The notes beneath the pieces are model-generated. The model worked only from the letters and a program-made list of their open reading frames with translations, was not told the DNA's origin and did no database searches. Below, piece after piece: positions 11,193-23,411 of a stretch of DNA of 64,000 nt. The DNA lies in the sequence record OQ223305.1, one strand, 5' to 3'. This DNA is from Escherichia phage EO1. Within the stretch, counting starts at the first letter, position 1, and every line of letters starts with the position of its first letter. The position numbers and the translations under genes are program-made.

Positions 11193-11360
11193 ATGTCAGA
11201 TAAGATTTGTGTTGTCTGTAAAACTCCAATCGATTCTGCATTGGTTGTTGAAACAGACAAAGGTCCTGTACATCCTGGGCCTTGTTATAATTACATTAAA
11301 GAACTACCAGTTTCAGAAAGTTCGGAAGAACAATTAAATGAAACACAACTTTTGCTATAG
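11193..11360 (+). CDS. small CxxC protein (uvsY.-2 position)
   Basis: 55-aa ORF below the track threshold: MSDKICVVCKTPIDS..PGPCY. GAGGAG RBS, terminator hairpin downstream. Confidence 0.4.
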   Translation: MSDKICVVCKTPIDSALVVETDKGPVHPGPCYNYIKELPVSESSEEQLNETQLLL

Positions 11361-11383
11361 TGTGACCTTTAGTCTATAGTTTT

Positions 11384-11412
11384 GGCCCTTCCTTTTTGGT
11401 TGGGCCTTTTTT
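11384..11412 (+). terminator. rho-independent terminator
   Basis: GGCCC..GGGCC stem followed by TTTTTT. Confidence 0.55.
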
Positions 11413-11415
11413 AAT

Positions 11416-11646
11416 TTAAAAGCTTTCTTCTACTTCATCGTCTGAATCTTCTAATTCAGCTCTTTTTCCTGCCAAAGCATCTCTCACAGAGATGTCATCA
11501 GTGTCTTTTAATTCAGTTTCTTTAACTCTTTTCTTGTAATAAGCTTCAAGTTCTTCTAGACCTTCTAATGTTTGACATGATGCAATTTTACCCATAAATT
11601 CATCAATAGAAGCTTCATAAAGAAATTGTTTAAATTCTAGTAACAT
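11416..11646 (-). CDS. uvsW.1: UvsW.1 (helicase accessory protein)
   Basis: Track ORF starts at a TTG (11658). First in-frame ATG at 11646 gives 76 aa, matching recalled T4 UvsW.1 length, with GGAG RBS. Confidence 0.55.
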   Translation of the reverse strand: MLLEFKQFLYEASIDEFMGKIASCQTLEGLEELEAYYKKRVKETELKDTDDISVRDALAGKRAELEDSDDEVEESF

Positions 11647-11671
11647 CTTTTTCTCCAAAGGGCCGAAGCCC

Positions 11672-13183
11672 TTATAAATTAACTGTTTTCATTACGTAAT
11701 TAAATTTTTCATCTGCGTAGCGCTGAATACGATCAATTCCGTGTTTTAAAAGATAGTTCAAATGAACGTATTTCTTTTTCGTATTAGCAGATTTTGGCTT
11801 AACACCGCAATCATCAATGAGGTCCCATACCGTTGCGATTGTTTTAGAACCATGCTTACGTAATACGCGACCTATTGTTTGCAATACAATAATTTTAGAT
11901 TTAACACCGTGTGCTAAAATAACGTGATGCAGATTTTTAACTGAAATACCAGTAGAAAATACACCATAACTAGCTACTATAATTATTCCTTTACCGTTTT
12001 CAGCTAGGGTTTTCATTACGTTGCGTGTTTCGGTATCAACTTCCCCTGATACGTAATAAACTTTATCGTATTCATTTTTAATTAAATCGAAAATAGCTTT
12101 ACCGTGCGATACGTGTTTAAACATGACAAAAGCGTTTTCATCTTTTTGTGCAAGTTTAATAGCTAATTTAGCGATCCATTTATTTCTTTTACTGAGCCCA
12201 GTAATAATTTTTATTTCTTCTTGGTAAGTTTTTCCCTTTAATTTAGTAGTGAACTCATCGGGATAGCGAAGAAAAATACTATTAATTTTTAACTCAGTTA
12301 CTTGTCCATCTTCCATTAATTTAGAAGTCGTTACTGGCTTAAATATTTCACCAAACATTCCAACATACTGCATGATATTAGCTTTGCCATCACGCAATGA
12401 ACCTGATAGACCAAATTTAAACATGCAGTTATTTAAACCTGATATGATAGATGAAATACTTTTTCCTGTAGCAAGATGGCATTCATCATTCATCATCATT
12501 CCAAACTGTGAGAACCATTCTTTCGGTTGTTTTACTACAGTTTGCCATGTACCAACAACGACTGGTGCATCATTTTTATATTTATCATCTTTTGATGCTC
12601 CGCCGCCAATTTTCTTTATCATTGCATGACTGAATAAACGATAATCAACAAAGTCATCAGCCATCTGAGTTGTCAGAGCAGTTGTTGGAACAATGATAAG
12701 AATTTTACCTTCATAATTTTCCAAATAATAACGTGCAAGCAAAGCTTGAATTAAAGATTTACCTGCGGATGTTGGAAGATTAAGAATTCTACGACGATTA
12801 ACTAATCCTTCGAACACTGCATCTTTTTGATACCAATGCGGTTCAATTCTTTTATTTCCTGAATAGATTTCTAATTTAGAAAGCCATTCATCAAAATCTT
12901 TTCTTGATAATTCTTCTTTTTCGTTAATTTGTGGGTCAATCCAGGCTTTATAGCCAAAGTTATCACAGAACTTTTTAATTTGCCCGACTAAGCCGAACGG
13001 AAGAAGGCGATTATAATCTAAAAGACGGATTCGTCCATCCCAGTGACCATATTTGTATTTCGGATTAAAACGATACCCATCAGCTTCAAAGCTAAAGAAA
13101 TCACGGAGTTCATGAAATGTACTTTCTTCACAATCAATTCTCACGTGACTAAAATCATAAAAATGTACTTTAATGTCAGTCAT
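11672..13183 (-). CDS. uvsW: UvsW DNA/RNA helicase
   Basis: 503-aa ORF with Walker A PTSAGKS and DECH box (MNDECH). Length matches T4 UvsW. Confidence 0.9.
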   Translation of the reverse strand: MTDIKVHFYDFSHVRIDCEESTFHELRDFFSFEADGYRFNPKYKYGHWDGRIRLLDYNRLLPFGLVGQIKKFCDNFGYKAWIDPQINEKEELSRKDFDEWLSKLEIYSGNKRIEPHWYQKDAVFEGLVNRRRILNLPTSAGKSLIQALLARYYLENYEGKILIIVPTTALTTQMADDFVDYRLFSHAMIKKIGGGASKDDKYKNDAPVVVGTWQTVVKQPKEWFSQFGMMMNDECHLATGKSISSIISGLNNCMFKFGLSGSLRDGKANIMQYVGMFGEIFKPVTTSKLMEDGQVTELKINSIFLRYPDEFTTKLKGKTYQEEIKIITGLSKRNKWIAKLAIKLAQKDENAFVMFKHVSHGKAIFDLIKNEYDKVYYVSGEVDTETRNVMKTLAENGKGIIIVASYGVFSTGISVKNLHHVILAHGVKSKIIVLQTIGRVLRKHGSKTIATVWDLIDDCGVKPKSANTKKKYVHLNYLLKHGIDRIQRYADEKFNYVMKTVNL

Positions 13184-13212
13184 GTCTAAATACCATGTAA
13201 TAAATATATCTA

Positions 13213-13220
13213 TATTTATA
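13213..13220 (-). promoter_or_regulatory. late promoter TATAAATA for uvsW
   Basis: Plus-strand TATTTATA, i.e. TATAAATA on the minus strand, about 30 nt upstream of the uvsW start. Confidence 0.55.
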
Positions 13221-13233
13221 CTGAGGAAATATT

Positions 13234-13914
13234 ATGATAGATAAAGATTATATTGCAGAGCTGAAGGCTCTTGATGATAATAAAGAAGCTAAGGCTAAAT
13301 TAGCTGAATATGCTGAACAGTTTGGTATAAAGGTCAAAAAGAATAAATCTTTTGATAATATCGTTATTGATATTGAAGAAGCCCTCCAGAAGCTCGCTAG
13401 TGAACCTATGCCAGAGACTGATGGGTTATCTATTAAAGACTTAATTAATGCTGCTGATGCTGCAGAGGGATTAAAATATGACGATGAAGAGGTCAATCCA
13501 GAAGCAGCACTTCTGATTGATTCTCCGGTTAAATCTGACATTAAAATTGAAGTGGTAGAAACGGATAAAATTCCTGAAAATATCGATGTTTTGATTGAAG
13601 ATACTCCTTTTGTTGAAGAAAAATTCGAACAGGCTGTAGCTGAGATTATTGAATCTGAAAAGCCGTCTGTATTTACTCTTCCGGAAAACTTTAGTCCGAA
13701 TCTTCAGCTGATTGGGAAAAATCCAGGATTCTGTACTGTTCCTTGGTGGATTTATCAATGGATCGCTGAAACTCCGGATTGGAAATCTCACCCAACTAGT
13801 TTTGAACACGCGTCGGCACACCAAACTTTATTTAGCTTAATTTACTACATTAATCGTGATGGATCAGTTCTAATTCGTGAAACACGCAATTCTTCTTTCG
13901 TAACATTAAAATAA
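13234..13914 (+). CDS. inh: Inh, inhibitor of prohead protease
   Basis: 226-aa ORF between uvsW and hoc. Length and position match T4 inh. Confidence 0.7.
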   Translation: MIDKDYIAELKALDDNKEAKAKLAEYAEQFGIKVKKNKSFDNIVIDIEEALQKLASEPMPETDGLSIKDLINAADAAEGLKYDDEEVNPEAALLIDSPVKSDIKIEVVETDKIPENIDVLIEDTPFVEEKFEQAVAEIIESEKPSVFTLPENFSPNLQLIGKNPGFCTVPWWIYQWIAETPDWKSHPTSFEHASAHQTLFSLIYYINRDGSVLIRETRNSSFVTLK

Positions 13915-13923
13915 GGATAACTT

Positions 13924-15054
13924 ATGGCTTTTACAGTTGATATAACTCCTAAAACACCTACTGGAGTTATAGATCAGACTCAGCAGTTTACTGCTACACC
14001 CAGTGGTGAAACTGGAGGTGGAACTATTACCTATGCTTGGACTGTAGATAATGTTCCACAAGATGGAACTGAAGCAACTTTTAGTTATGTACTAAAAGGA
14101 CCTGCCGGTCAAAAGACTATTAAAGTAGTTGCAACAAACACAGTTCCAGATACTGATGCTGAAACAGCAGAAGCTACTACAACTATCACAGTTCAAAATA
14201 AGACACAGACAACTACCTTAGCTGTAACTCCTGATAGTCCTGCTGCTGGAGTGATTGGAACTCCTGTTGAATTTACTGCTGCTTTAGCTTCTCAACCATC
14301 AGGCGCATCTGCTACGTATCAATGGTATGTTGACGACTCTCCTGTTAGTGAAGCAACTTCCGCTACATTTAGCTATACTCCAACTACAAGTGGAGTAAAA
14401 AGAATTAAATGCGTAGCTCAAGTAACAGCGACAGATTACGATACAAAAGAAGTTACTTCTAATGAAGTATCACTGACTGTTAATAAGGAGTCAATGAATC
14501 CACAGGTTACATTGACTCCTCCTTCTATTAACGTTCAGCAAGATGCTTCGGCTACATTTACTGCTAATGTTACTGGCGCACCTGACGCAGCACAAATTAC
14601 TTACTCGTGGAAGAAAGATTCTTCTCCTGTAGAAGGGTCAACTAACGTATATACTATCGATACCTCATCTGTTGGAAGTCAAACTATTGAAGTTACTGCT
14701 GTCATTACAGCAACTGACTATGATAGCAAAACAGTTAAAACAACAGGTCAAGTTCAGGTAACTGATAAAGTTGCTCCGGAACCAGAAGGTGAATTGCCTT
14801 ATGTTCATCCTCTTCCACATCGTACTTCAGCTTATATCTGGTGCGGTTGGTGGGTTATGGATGAAATCCAAAAAATGACTGAAGAAGGTAAAGATTGGAA
14901 AACTGACGACCCAGATAGTAAGTACTACTTGCACCGTTACACCCTTCAGAAGATGATGAAAGACTATCCAGAAGTTGATGTTCAAGAATCACGTAATGGA
15001 TACATCATCCATAAAACTGCTTTAGAAACTGGTATCATCTATACCTATCCATAA
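13924..15054 (+). CDS. hoc: Hoc, highly immunogenic outer capsid protein
   Basis: 376-aa ORF with repeated Thr/Ser-rich Ig-like modules (..ATFSYV.., ..ATFSYT.., ..ATFTANV..). Length matches T4 Hoc. Confidence 0.8.
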   Translation: MAFTVDITPKTPTGVIDQTQQFTATPSGETGGGTITYAWTVDNVPQDGTEATFSYVLKGPAGQKTIKVVATNTVPDTDAETAEATTTITVQNKTQTTTLAVTPDSPAAGVIGTPVEFTAALASQPSGASATYQWYVDDSPVSEATSATFSYTPTTSGVKRIKCVAQVTATDYDTKEVTSNEVSLTVNKESMNPQVTLTPPSINVQQDASATFTANVTGAPDAAQITYSWKKDSSPVEGSTNVYTIDTSSVGSQTIEVTAVITATDYDSKTVKTTGQVQVTDKVAPEPEGELPYVHPLPHRTSAYIWCGWWVMDEIQKMTEEGKDWKTDDPDSKYYLHRYTLQKMMKDYPEVDVQESRNGYIIHKTALETGIIYTYP

Positions 15055-15058
15055 TATC

Positions 15059-15079
15059 AGGGGCTTCGGCCCCTTTCTT
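15059..15079 (+). terminator. rho-independent terminator after hoc
   Basis: GGGGC-TTCG-GCCCC hairpin followed by TTTCTT. Confidence 0.65.
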
Positions 15080-15142
15080 CATTTTGAAAGCACACAAAAC
15101 ACAATCAGAAAACGATGTATATAATGGCACCAACTCGATAAC

Positions 15143-15358
15143 ATGAGATTGATTATGAGAACTGAGGTTGTGGTGTTTACACTCCATGAGTCTGGAAAGT
15201 CATTCATTGAAATTGCTCGTGAATTGAACTTACAGGCAAAAGAAGTGGCTGTATTATGGGCTCGAGCTATGACTGCTAAGAATAAATTTGAGACTCGAGA
15301 AAAAGTTGTCTATAGAAAAAGACATATTAATAAAAAGGTGAAAAATGGAACAGTATGA
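15143..15358 (+). CDS. hypothetical protein
   Basis: 71-aa ORF, weak RBS. Confidence 0.4.
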   Translation: MRLIMRTEVVVFTLHESGKSFIEIARELNLQAKEVAVLWARAMTAKNKFETREKVVYRKRHINKKVKNGTV

Positions 15359-15623
15359 TCTTTATGAAAATGAATCTTTCGCTAATCAATTACGCGAAAA
15401 AGCACTTAAAAGTAAACAGTTTAAACTAGAGTGTTTTATTAAAGATTTTTCGGAACTTGCTAATAAAGCAGCTGAACAAGGTAAAACATATTTTAGTTAT
15501 TATTGTACTGCTCGCGATAAATTGATTACTGAAGAAATTGGTGATTGGCTGAGAAAAGAAGGATTTAGCTTTAAAGTCAATAGTGATCAGCGTGATGGTG
15601 ATTGGTTAGAAATTACATTTTGA
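15345..15623 (+). CDS. hypothetical protein
   Basis: 92-aa ORF, AAAGGTG RBS. Confidence 0.45.
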   Translation: MEQYDLYENESFANQLREKALKSKQFKLECFIKDFSELANKAAEQGKTYFSYYCTARDKLITEEIGDWLRKEGFSFKVNSDQRDGDWLEITF

Positions 15624-15632
15624 GGATTAATT

Positions 15633-16637
15633 ATGTTTAAAAAGTATAGCAGTCTTGAAAATCATTACAATTCTAAATTCATTGAAAAACTTTATAGTTT
15701 AGGATTGACTGGCGGCGAATGGGTAGCTCGTGAAAAGATTCATGGTACAAATTTCTCATTAATTATTGAGCGCGATAAAGCAACTTGTGCTAAACGTACT
15801 GGACCGATTCTTCCTGCTGAAGATTTCTTTGGGTATGAAATTATTTTAAAGAATTATGCTGATTCCATTAAAGCAGTGCAAGATATTATGGAAACTTCAG
15901 CAGTTGTATCTTATCAAGTCTTCGGTGAATTCGCTGGGCCTGGTATTCAGAAGAATGTCGATTATGGCGATAAAGATTTTTATGTATTTGACATTATTGT
16001 TACTACCGAAAGTGGTGATGTGACTTATGTCGATGATTATATGATGGAATCATTCTGTAATACATTCAAATTTAAAATGGCTCCACTTTTGGGTCGTGGT
16101 AAATTTGAAGAACTTATTAAATTGCCAAATGATTTAGATTCTGTCGTCCAGGATTATAATTTTACAGTAGACCATGCTGGATTAGTTGATGCAAATAAAT
16201 GCGTTTGGAATGCCGAAGCAAAAGGTGAAGTATTTACCGCTGAAGGTTATGTATTGAAACCTTGTTATCCTTCTTGGATGCCTAACGGAAATCGTGTAGC
16301 TATTAAATGCAAGAACTCTAAATTTAGTGAAAAGAAAAAGTCTGATAAGCCTATTAAAGCTAAAGTTGAGCTGTCAGAAGCTGATAATAAATTGCTGGGA
16401 ATTTTAGCTTGCTACGTTACACTGAACCGGGTAAATAACGTTATTTCTAAAATTGGCGAAATTGGTCCAAAAGATTTTGGAAAGGTGATGGGACTAACTG
16501 TTCAAGATATTTTGGAAGAAACTTCTCGTGAAGGTATTACTTTAACTCAAGCGGATAATCCTTCTTTGATTAAAAAGGAATTAGTTAAAATGGTACAAGA
16601 TGTACTTCGTCCGGCTTGGATTGAATTAGTGAGTTAA
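15633..16637 (+). CDS. rnlB: RNA ligase 2
   Basis: 334-aa [19 protein letters not shown].., nucleotidyltransferase lysine motif EKIHGTNF. Length matches T4 Rnl2. Confidence 0.85.
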   Translation: MFKKYSSLENHYNSKFIEKLYSLGLTGGEWVAREKIHGTNFSLIIERDKATCAKRTGPILPAEDFFGYEIILKNYADSIKAVQDIMETSAVVSYQVFGEFAGPGIQKNVDYGDKDFYVFDIIVTTESGDVTYVDDYMMESFCNTFKFKMAPLLGRGKFEELIKLPNDLDSVVQDYNFTVDHAGLVDANKCVWNAEAKGEVFTAEGYVLKPCYPSWMPNGNRVAIKCKNSKFSEKKKSDKPIKAKVELSEADNKLLGILACYVTLNRVNNVISKIGEIGPKDFGKVMGLTVQDILEETSREGITLTQADNPSLIKKELVKMVQDVLRPAWIELVS

Positions 16638-16643
16638 ATAAAA

Positions 16644-16661
16644 AGGGACCGAAAGGTCCCT
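16644..16661. terminator. bidirectional terminator between convergent rnlB and gene 24
   Basis: AGGGACC-GAAA-GGTCCCT hairpin with T-runs on both strands. Confidence 0.7.
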
Positions 16662-16666
16662 TTGTT

Positions 16667-17950
16667 TTATTCATCAACGATAATTTTTGGTAGCTTAACA
16701 CCTAATAAAACAGACAAATCTGAACGACCCGCCATTTTATCCATGTCTCCACCATCAATTATTCTTGCTTCTTTTTCATCTTTTGCTACAGTGTAAGGAT
16801 TTGCAGATAAAGCATATCTAACCAATAAACCGATAGATGGCTGCAAACTTTCTGGATCGACTACAACTTTAAATGCACCTACATGTTCAGGGTCATCTAA
16901 GTCAAGACCTTCTGTATACGGAGCATAGAAAATTGATCCGACAATTTCTTTTTCACCGATATTTTCTACTACACCAACGATTACATAATCTAATGGGCTG
17001 TTAGTATCGCAATAAAGCGGTAAACCATTAGCTAAGAACCCATAGGCATTTTGTGAAAGATATTTATCATCTTCTGGTTTATGTTTTAACCAACCTGATG
17101 CAGCAAGAATCGCAGCGGCACGAGCTGAAGCAACACAGAACGTTGCAGTATAAGTTGATTCTTTTTGGATATGCGAAACCATTTCACATACCATTCGGTA
17201 TAATGAACGACCAGCTTCAGGTGCAGATGCATAACTCAAATCAATGAATCCGGTATCAGTAATTCCTGTAACTTTATAGCGTTTTGATACTGTAATCAAA
17301 GACTGTAGAATATCTTTATTGATTTCATCCGCCATTTCAGTTGCAAGCAAATCTTCCAAGAAATTAGGAGCATCGAATCCATTTGCTTCTAAATCTTGTG
17401 CTAATTCAACTGTGATACCAGTTTTAAGTTTACGAGATTTAACAGCGGTTTGCCATTTATTAATCTGGAATCTAGCATCCGCAATTTCGCTATCAGAGCT
17501 TTCAAATTTGCTTGTTACTGCAGCATCAGAAAATAGACGAACCTTTAAAAGAACAATTGCAATCTGAAGAGCTAATTCTAAATCACTTTCTTCAATGGTA
17601 GCAAATGGTGTATCTTCTAATACTTTATAAACGATATTATTATATTTGAATAAATCGCCTTTATTGAGAGTTAATTTAGACTCTTCTGTTAATTCTGTGA
17701 TTTGTTCTCGGTCTACGTACCCAGCTTCGCCAGCGTAAGTAGCACCAGTTTTAAATGTAAATTCGTTATCTGGGTTAAGGTATTTGATACCATAAAAAGC
17801 AGCAACAGGTTGATTAGTTCTTTGCGTTGCTACAATGTCAGAATATATTAATTTAGTGGTAGCGCGAGTCAAAGCAACGAGATTTGGGCGACCGATTGAG
17901 TTGCTATTCGTTGTGGTTGATTCGCGCAGAAGTTCGTTGATTTTAGCCAT
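16667..17950 (-). CDS. 24: head vertex protein gp24
   Basis: 427-aa ORF, a capsid-fold paralog of gp23. Length matches T4 gp24. Confidence 0.85.
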   Translation of the reverse strand: MAKINELLRESTTTNSNSIGRPNLVALTRATTKLIYSDIVATQRTNQPVAAFYGIKYLNPDNEFTFKTGATYAGEAGYVDREQITELTEESKLTLNKGDLFKYNNIVYKVLEDTPFATIEESDLELALQIAIVLLKVRLFSDAAVTSKFESSDSEIADARFQINKWQTAVKSRKLKTGITVELAQDLEANGFDAPNFLEDLLATEMADEINKDILQSLITVSKRYKVTGITDTGFIDLSYASAPEAGRSLYRMVCEMVSHIQKESTYTATFCVASARAAAILAASGWLKHKPEDDKYLSQNAYGFLANGLPLYCDTNSPLDYVIVGVVENIGEKEIVGSIFYAPYTEGLDLDDPEHVGAFKVVVDPESLQPSIGLLVRYALSANPYTVAKDEKEARIIDGGDMDKMAGRSDLSVLLGVKLPKIIVDE

Positions 17951-17977
17951 TGCGCTTTCCTTTTAGTTTATATGATT

Positions 17978-17985
17978 TATTTATA
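17978..17985 (-). promoter_or_regulatory. late promoter TATAAATA for gene 24
   Basis: Minus-strand TATAAATA about 28 nt upstream of the gene 24 ATG. Confidence 0.55.
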
Positions 17986-18000
17986 CCATAAAAACAACTA

Positions 18001-18020
18001 AAGGGACCCGAAGGTCCCTT
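18001..18020 (-). terminator. terminator hairpin downstream of gene 23
   Basis: AAGGGACC-CGAA-GGTCCCTT hairpin. Confidence 0.6.
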
Positions 18021-18033
18021 AAATCGTCAAAGA

Positions 18034-19599
18034 TTAGATACCTTTAACATATACACGGCGGAAGTAAGCGTTTTTACCAAGGCTATTCAGAATAGAAGGC
18101 ATACCGCTCTGGATGCGAGAAGCCGGAGCCTGAGCAGCGGATTCTGCAAATGGGTTGATACCGATACCGTAACGAGTTTTGAATCCCATTACTGGTTGGA
18201 AGTTCTTCGGATCGGAACCACGCAGCGGAGTCAGAGCTACATATGGAGCATAGTAAATACCAGCATCCATTTCGTTCGGACCTTTATAACCTACAGTGAA
18301 ATAATCCTGTTTAGCATACTGGTCGATATATACACGGTATTTACCACCCAGAACACCAGCAAATACTGACTTGGTAGTATCAGTGTTAAAGCCTGTAGCC
18401 AGACCCTGTGCAGCATAAGAAATGCCAGTATCAACTGAAGCCAGAACGTTAACTACGTTACGGGAAGCGATAATGAAGTTACCTTCACCACGACCGGTCT
18501 GACGAGCAATTTCAACTGCTTCTTTGTCAATCTGGAACAACAGAGCTTTAAAGGATTCACCCGCCCAGCGAGCACCACGAATATCAATCGGATCCTGGAA
18601 GTCAAATACACCAGCTTTAGAACCCGGAGTTAGGGTCATACCAGATTTACCAACCTGAGCTGAGTAGTTAATCCAATCAACAACTTCACGGTTGATTTCC
18701 AGCATGATTTCGGTAGCCAGAATACCAGACAGTTCAGCATCAGCATCCATACCGTGAACAGCGCGGAGGTCTTGTGCTAATTCGATAGAGTAAGCAGCTT
18801 TCAGCTGACGAGATTTAGCTTCGATAACTTGTTTATCGATACGGAAGCCCATTTCATTCCATGGGTTATCGGTAGAACCGTTGAAACCTTCCTGAAGTTC
18901 AGCGATAGAAGTAGCCATACCTTCAGCGATTTCTACCAGTACACCAGCTTCCATTTGTTTCTTAATTTCAGCATCTAATTTAGCTGCATCAGTTGCGCTT
19001 GCACTAATTGTTACTTGAGCAGAAGCCTGCAGATACACAGTACCAGTGTCCTGGAAGAAGTGAGTATAGATATCACCTACTGTGGTTTCTGTGCTAGCAG
19101 CCAGAGCCGGGAATTTCTTAGCAGCACCCTGGCCAGAGAACATTGCATCTGGACCATACATTGGGTGGAATGCTTCTTTAGCACCGGAAGCGATTGGGTC
19201 TTTACCATATACTGCACGCAGTGCGAATACCTGGCCAGTCGGGCTGTTCATCGGCTGAACACCACAAATATCGAAAGCAATCAGGTTAGGAATAGCACGA
19301 CGTACCATACCCATAACAGCTGGGCCAATCTGAGTTACTGCGCCAGAAGTCTGACCAGCAGCGATGTTAGTAGCATTGTAACCGTGGTCACCACCGATTT
19401 CAGCTTCTGTTAAGAAAGAACCGAACGCCTGAGCGATTTTTTCGTCTTTGTACTCTGGAGCTGTCTGGAAATCTTTTTCCTGGTTTTCAAAGATTTTAGC
19501 GATAATCGCTTGTTTGCTATTAGCAATTTCCGGTAAACCTTCACCTTCCAGTAATGGCTTCCATTTGTTCAAAAGTTCAGCTTTAGTTTTGATAGTCAT
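18034..19599 (-). CDS. 23: major capsid protein gp23
   Basis: 521-aa ORF. N-terminus MTIKTKAELLNKWKPLLEGEGLPEIANSKQAIIAKIFENQEKDFQ matches recalled T4 gp23. Confidence 0.95.
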   Translation of the reverse strand: MTIKTKAELLNKWKPLLEGEGLPEIANSKQAIIAKIFENQEKDFQTAPEYKDEKIAQAFGSFLTEAEIGGDHGYNATNIAAGQTSGAVTQIGPAVMGMVRRAIPNLIAFDICGVQPMNSPTGQVFALRAVYGKDPIASGAKEAFHPMYGPDAMFSGQGAAKKFPALAASTETTVGDIYTHFFQDTGTVYLQASAQVTISASATDAAKLDAEIKKQMEAGVLVEIAEGMATSIAELQEGFNGSTDNPWNEMGFRIDKQVIEAKSRQLKAAYSIELAQDLRAVHGMDADAELSGILATEIMLEINREVVDWINYSAQVGKSGMTLTPGSKAGVFDFQDPIDIRGARWAGESFKALLFQIDKEAVEIARQTGRGEGNFIIASRNVVNVLASVDTGISYAAQGLATGFNTDTTKSVFAGVLGGKYRVYIDQYAKQDYFTVGYKGPNEMDAGIYYAPYVALTPLRGSDPKNFQPVMGFKTRYGIGINPFAESAAQAPASRIQSGMPSILNSLGKNAYFRRVYVKGI

Positions 19600-19617
19600 T
19601 TGTGTTAACCTTTAAAA

Positions 19618-20427
19618 TTAGAAACGAGATGCGACTTTCGCATATACACTTACAATATCTTCTGCACCAGGTGCAGCTTTATCTTCTACAGCTTCAGTGA
19701 CGAAATTCAGTCCGGCTGCTTCAGTATCAGGAGTATTTATACCCTCAGTAATAGTGCTTTCATCTTTATTAGACTTCTTCACCATTTCTACGATGGCACT
19801 CAATTTATTTGAGAATTCATCTGAATAATCCATACCTTCGACCAGAGCAGAGACTTTTTCTTTTTGAGACTCAGTCAGATCTTTAGTACTTTCGCTCAAT
19901 GCCACTTCACGCTGCACATAATTGATATATGCGTCACGCTTATTGAGTTCTTCGAACAGACGAGCTGATTCTTCTTTATGTTCTTGCAGCTCTTCTTCCA
20001 TTTCAGCTACAACATCAACTGATTCTTCTGGAACAACAACGTTGTGTTCAACAAAGAGCTCTTTTAATCCACCAAGCATGGATTCAAACAGTTCGGCTTT
20101 GATGCCTTTATCAACTGCTAATTTATTTTCAGCGAGCCATTCTTTCGCAAGATGGTCAATGAATTTAGAAGCTTGCTCAGCGATTTTCTTCTCAGCTTTT
20201 TCTTCGGCTTCTTCTTTATTTTTTTCTACTTCTTCTTCTGCTTTTTCAGCAATTTTAGCGATATGAGATTCAGCTAATTTAACGGCGTGCTGCTTGACGG
20301 TAGCTTCGAATACAGTGCCGAAAGTTTCTTTTGCTTCCGGAGAAATATTAACTGATTCGAAAATACTATCAAGAGCAACGGAAGCATCAATTTTTTGCGC
20401 TTCAGCAATCAGTTGTTCTTTAAGCAT
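19618..20427 (-). CDS. 22: prohead core scaffold protein gp22
   Basis: 269-aa acidic coiled-coil ORF. Length and position match T4 gp22. Confidence 0.85.
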   Translation of the reverse strand: MLKEQLIAEAQKIDASVALDSIFESVNISPEAKETFGTVFEATVKQHAVKLAESHIAKIAEKAEEEVEKNKEEAEEKAEKKIAEQASKFIDHLAKEWLAENKLAVDKGIKAELFESMLGGLKELFVEHNVVVPEESVDVVAEMEEELQEHKEESARLFEELNKRDAYINYVQREVALSESTKDLTESQKEKVSALVEGMDYSDEFSNKLSAIVEMVKKSNKDESTITEGINTPDTEAAGLNFVTEAVEDKAAPGAEDIVSVYAKVASRF

Positions 20428-20454
20428 TTTGTAGTCCTGTTGTTTAGATAATAA

Positions 20455-20462
20455 TATTTATA
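20455..20462 (-). promoter_or_regulatory. late promoter TATAAATA for gene 22
   Basis: Minus-strand TATAAATA about 28 nt upstream of the gene 22 ATG. Confidence 0.55.
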
Positions 20463-21096
20463 ACGCTTTTTTCATGGCCTCTGCGAGAGCCATATAGGCG
20501 TCATCGGCACTTGTATCGGCTTCCGCCGTCTGTGATTCGGTAATTTCCTTAGGAGTTACCCATGCATCTGGAGCACTTGGACCCCATACTGCATCAACAC
20601 CTACAGTTAATTTGAATCCTTCGTTTACGATACGATAACCTTTATTTGTGTCAGTCAATGAACCTAATCCACGAGAAGAAACTCCTGGAATCCATCCGGC
20701 ACGAATATTAGCTGCTAATTTATCTCCAGGACCGTGGTCACCTTCAATAACACGAGCTCGTCCGTATACGTCATTTCCTTTCCACCACATATCTTCTATA
20801 ATGATAGCGGCTTGCATCGGGTCAACATTAGCGCGTGGAGGATGATTTAATTCTCCGAGAGCTTGTTTAGTTAAAACTTGCTCATTAATATAGTCTTTTA
20901 CCGCTTTTTCTAATATGCGTTTTGGATAAAGACGTTTATTTCTATTGACGACTTCTGCTTGCATGAATATTCCTTCGATGTATAAACCCGGTTTTAAACC
21001 TAAGTCTTTTCCATCGTGGGATTCGAGCATTGGCACACCATCAATAATTTCGCCAGGTTGACCCCAAGTTTCAATTAGTAATTGGGGTTCATTCAT
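20458..21096 (-). CDS. 21: prohead protease gp21
   Basis: 212-aa ORF. Length and synteny match T4 gp21. Confidence 0.85.
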   Translation of the reverse strand: MNEPQLLIETWGQPGEIIDGVPMLESHDGKDLGLKPGLYIEGIFMQAEVVNRNKRLYPKRILEKAVKDYINEQVLTKQALGELNHPPRANVDPMQAAIIIEDMWWKGNDVYGRARVIEGDHGPGDKLAANIRAGWIPGVSSRGLGSLTDTNKGYRIVNEGFKLTVGVDAVWGPSAPDAWVTPKEITESQTAEADTSADDAYMALAEAMKKAL

Positions 21097-21521
21097 TAGC
21101 TTAATCCTAATGCTTTACGGCGTTTAAGAGCTTTTTTACGCTTACGCTGAGCACGAGATTGACCTGCTGGATTGGCAATCTTCGTTTTGGTAGCTTTGCG
21201 AGCAATTTGTCTACGTTTTGCTTTAGACAGCCCAGTGGTTTGAAATGCATTACGTTCGCGTGTTTTGCGATCTTTAGTACGTGTAATTTCACCACGAGCT
21301 GAAACGTGCTTAACAATGAATTCATTTAACGGCATGTTTTCATTAATAGAAGCTAATGCAACTGCTAAATCAGTTTCATCATCAAGCATATTCTCGACAA
21401 TTGTATTTATATCGTCTTTATTTAAAGCAGAAGACAATTCGTCAAAGCGACCCTGTGCTTCAGGAATAAGTGCTTCGACATTCTCGAGAACTAATTCATG
21501 AGTTTCAGGGATCAGAAGCAT
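21096..21521 (-). CDS. 68: prohead core protein gp68
   Basis: 141-aa ORF with basic C-terminus. Length matches T4 gp68. Confidence 0.7.
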
Positions 21522-21753
21522 TATTCATCATCCTCGTCTTCGTCAGAGTCTTTGTCTTTTTTGTCGTCTTTATCATCACCATCTTCGTCATCATCTTCGT
21601 CTTCAGGTTCTTCACCTTCGATTAAGAAATTACGAGCGATAGCGATTTTTTCTTCTTTAATTAAATCAATCGTTCTTGCAGCCATGGCTTCAGCAAAGAA
21701 TTTACGAGCGGCTACGAGGTCGTTTGATTTAATAGCTTCAATTAAACCTTCCA

Positions 21754-21754
<1 letters not shown>
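21521..21754 (-). CDS. 67: prohead core protein gp67
   Basis: 77-aa ORF with highly acidic D/E-rich tail. Confidence 0.65.
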
Positions 21755-23379
<1,625 letters not shown>

Positions 23380-23388
23380 TTAAGCAGG

Positions 23389-23406
23389 ATGGGGATTTCT
23401 CCCCAT
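23389..23406 (-). terminator. hairpin between genes 19 and 20
   Basis: ATGGGGA-TTTC-TCCCCAT stem-loop with a weak U tract. Confidence 0.4.
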
Positions 23407-23411
23407 TCATT

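Noticed and set aside
11658-11673. GGGC-CGAA-GCCC hairpin in the 13-nt gap between uvsW and uvsW.1
   Set aside because: Too short and without a U tract to call a terminator. It probably only affects local translation initiation, so it was not listed as a feature.
2057-20266. Many 60-130-aa ORFs nested in or antisense to large structural genes (for example 2057-2278, 3300-3482, 4148-4486, 12372-12629, 13248-13824, 19015-19413, 19922-20266)
   Set aside because: Each is embedded in a long ORF that has strong T4 identity and correct synteny, and none has a start context; they are chance frames.
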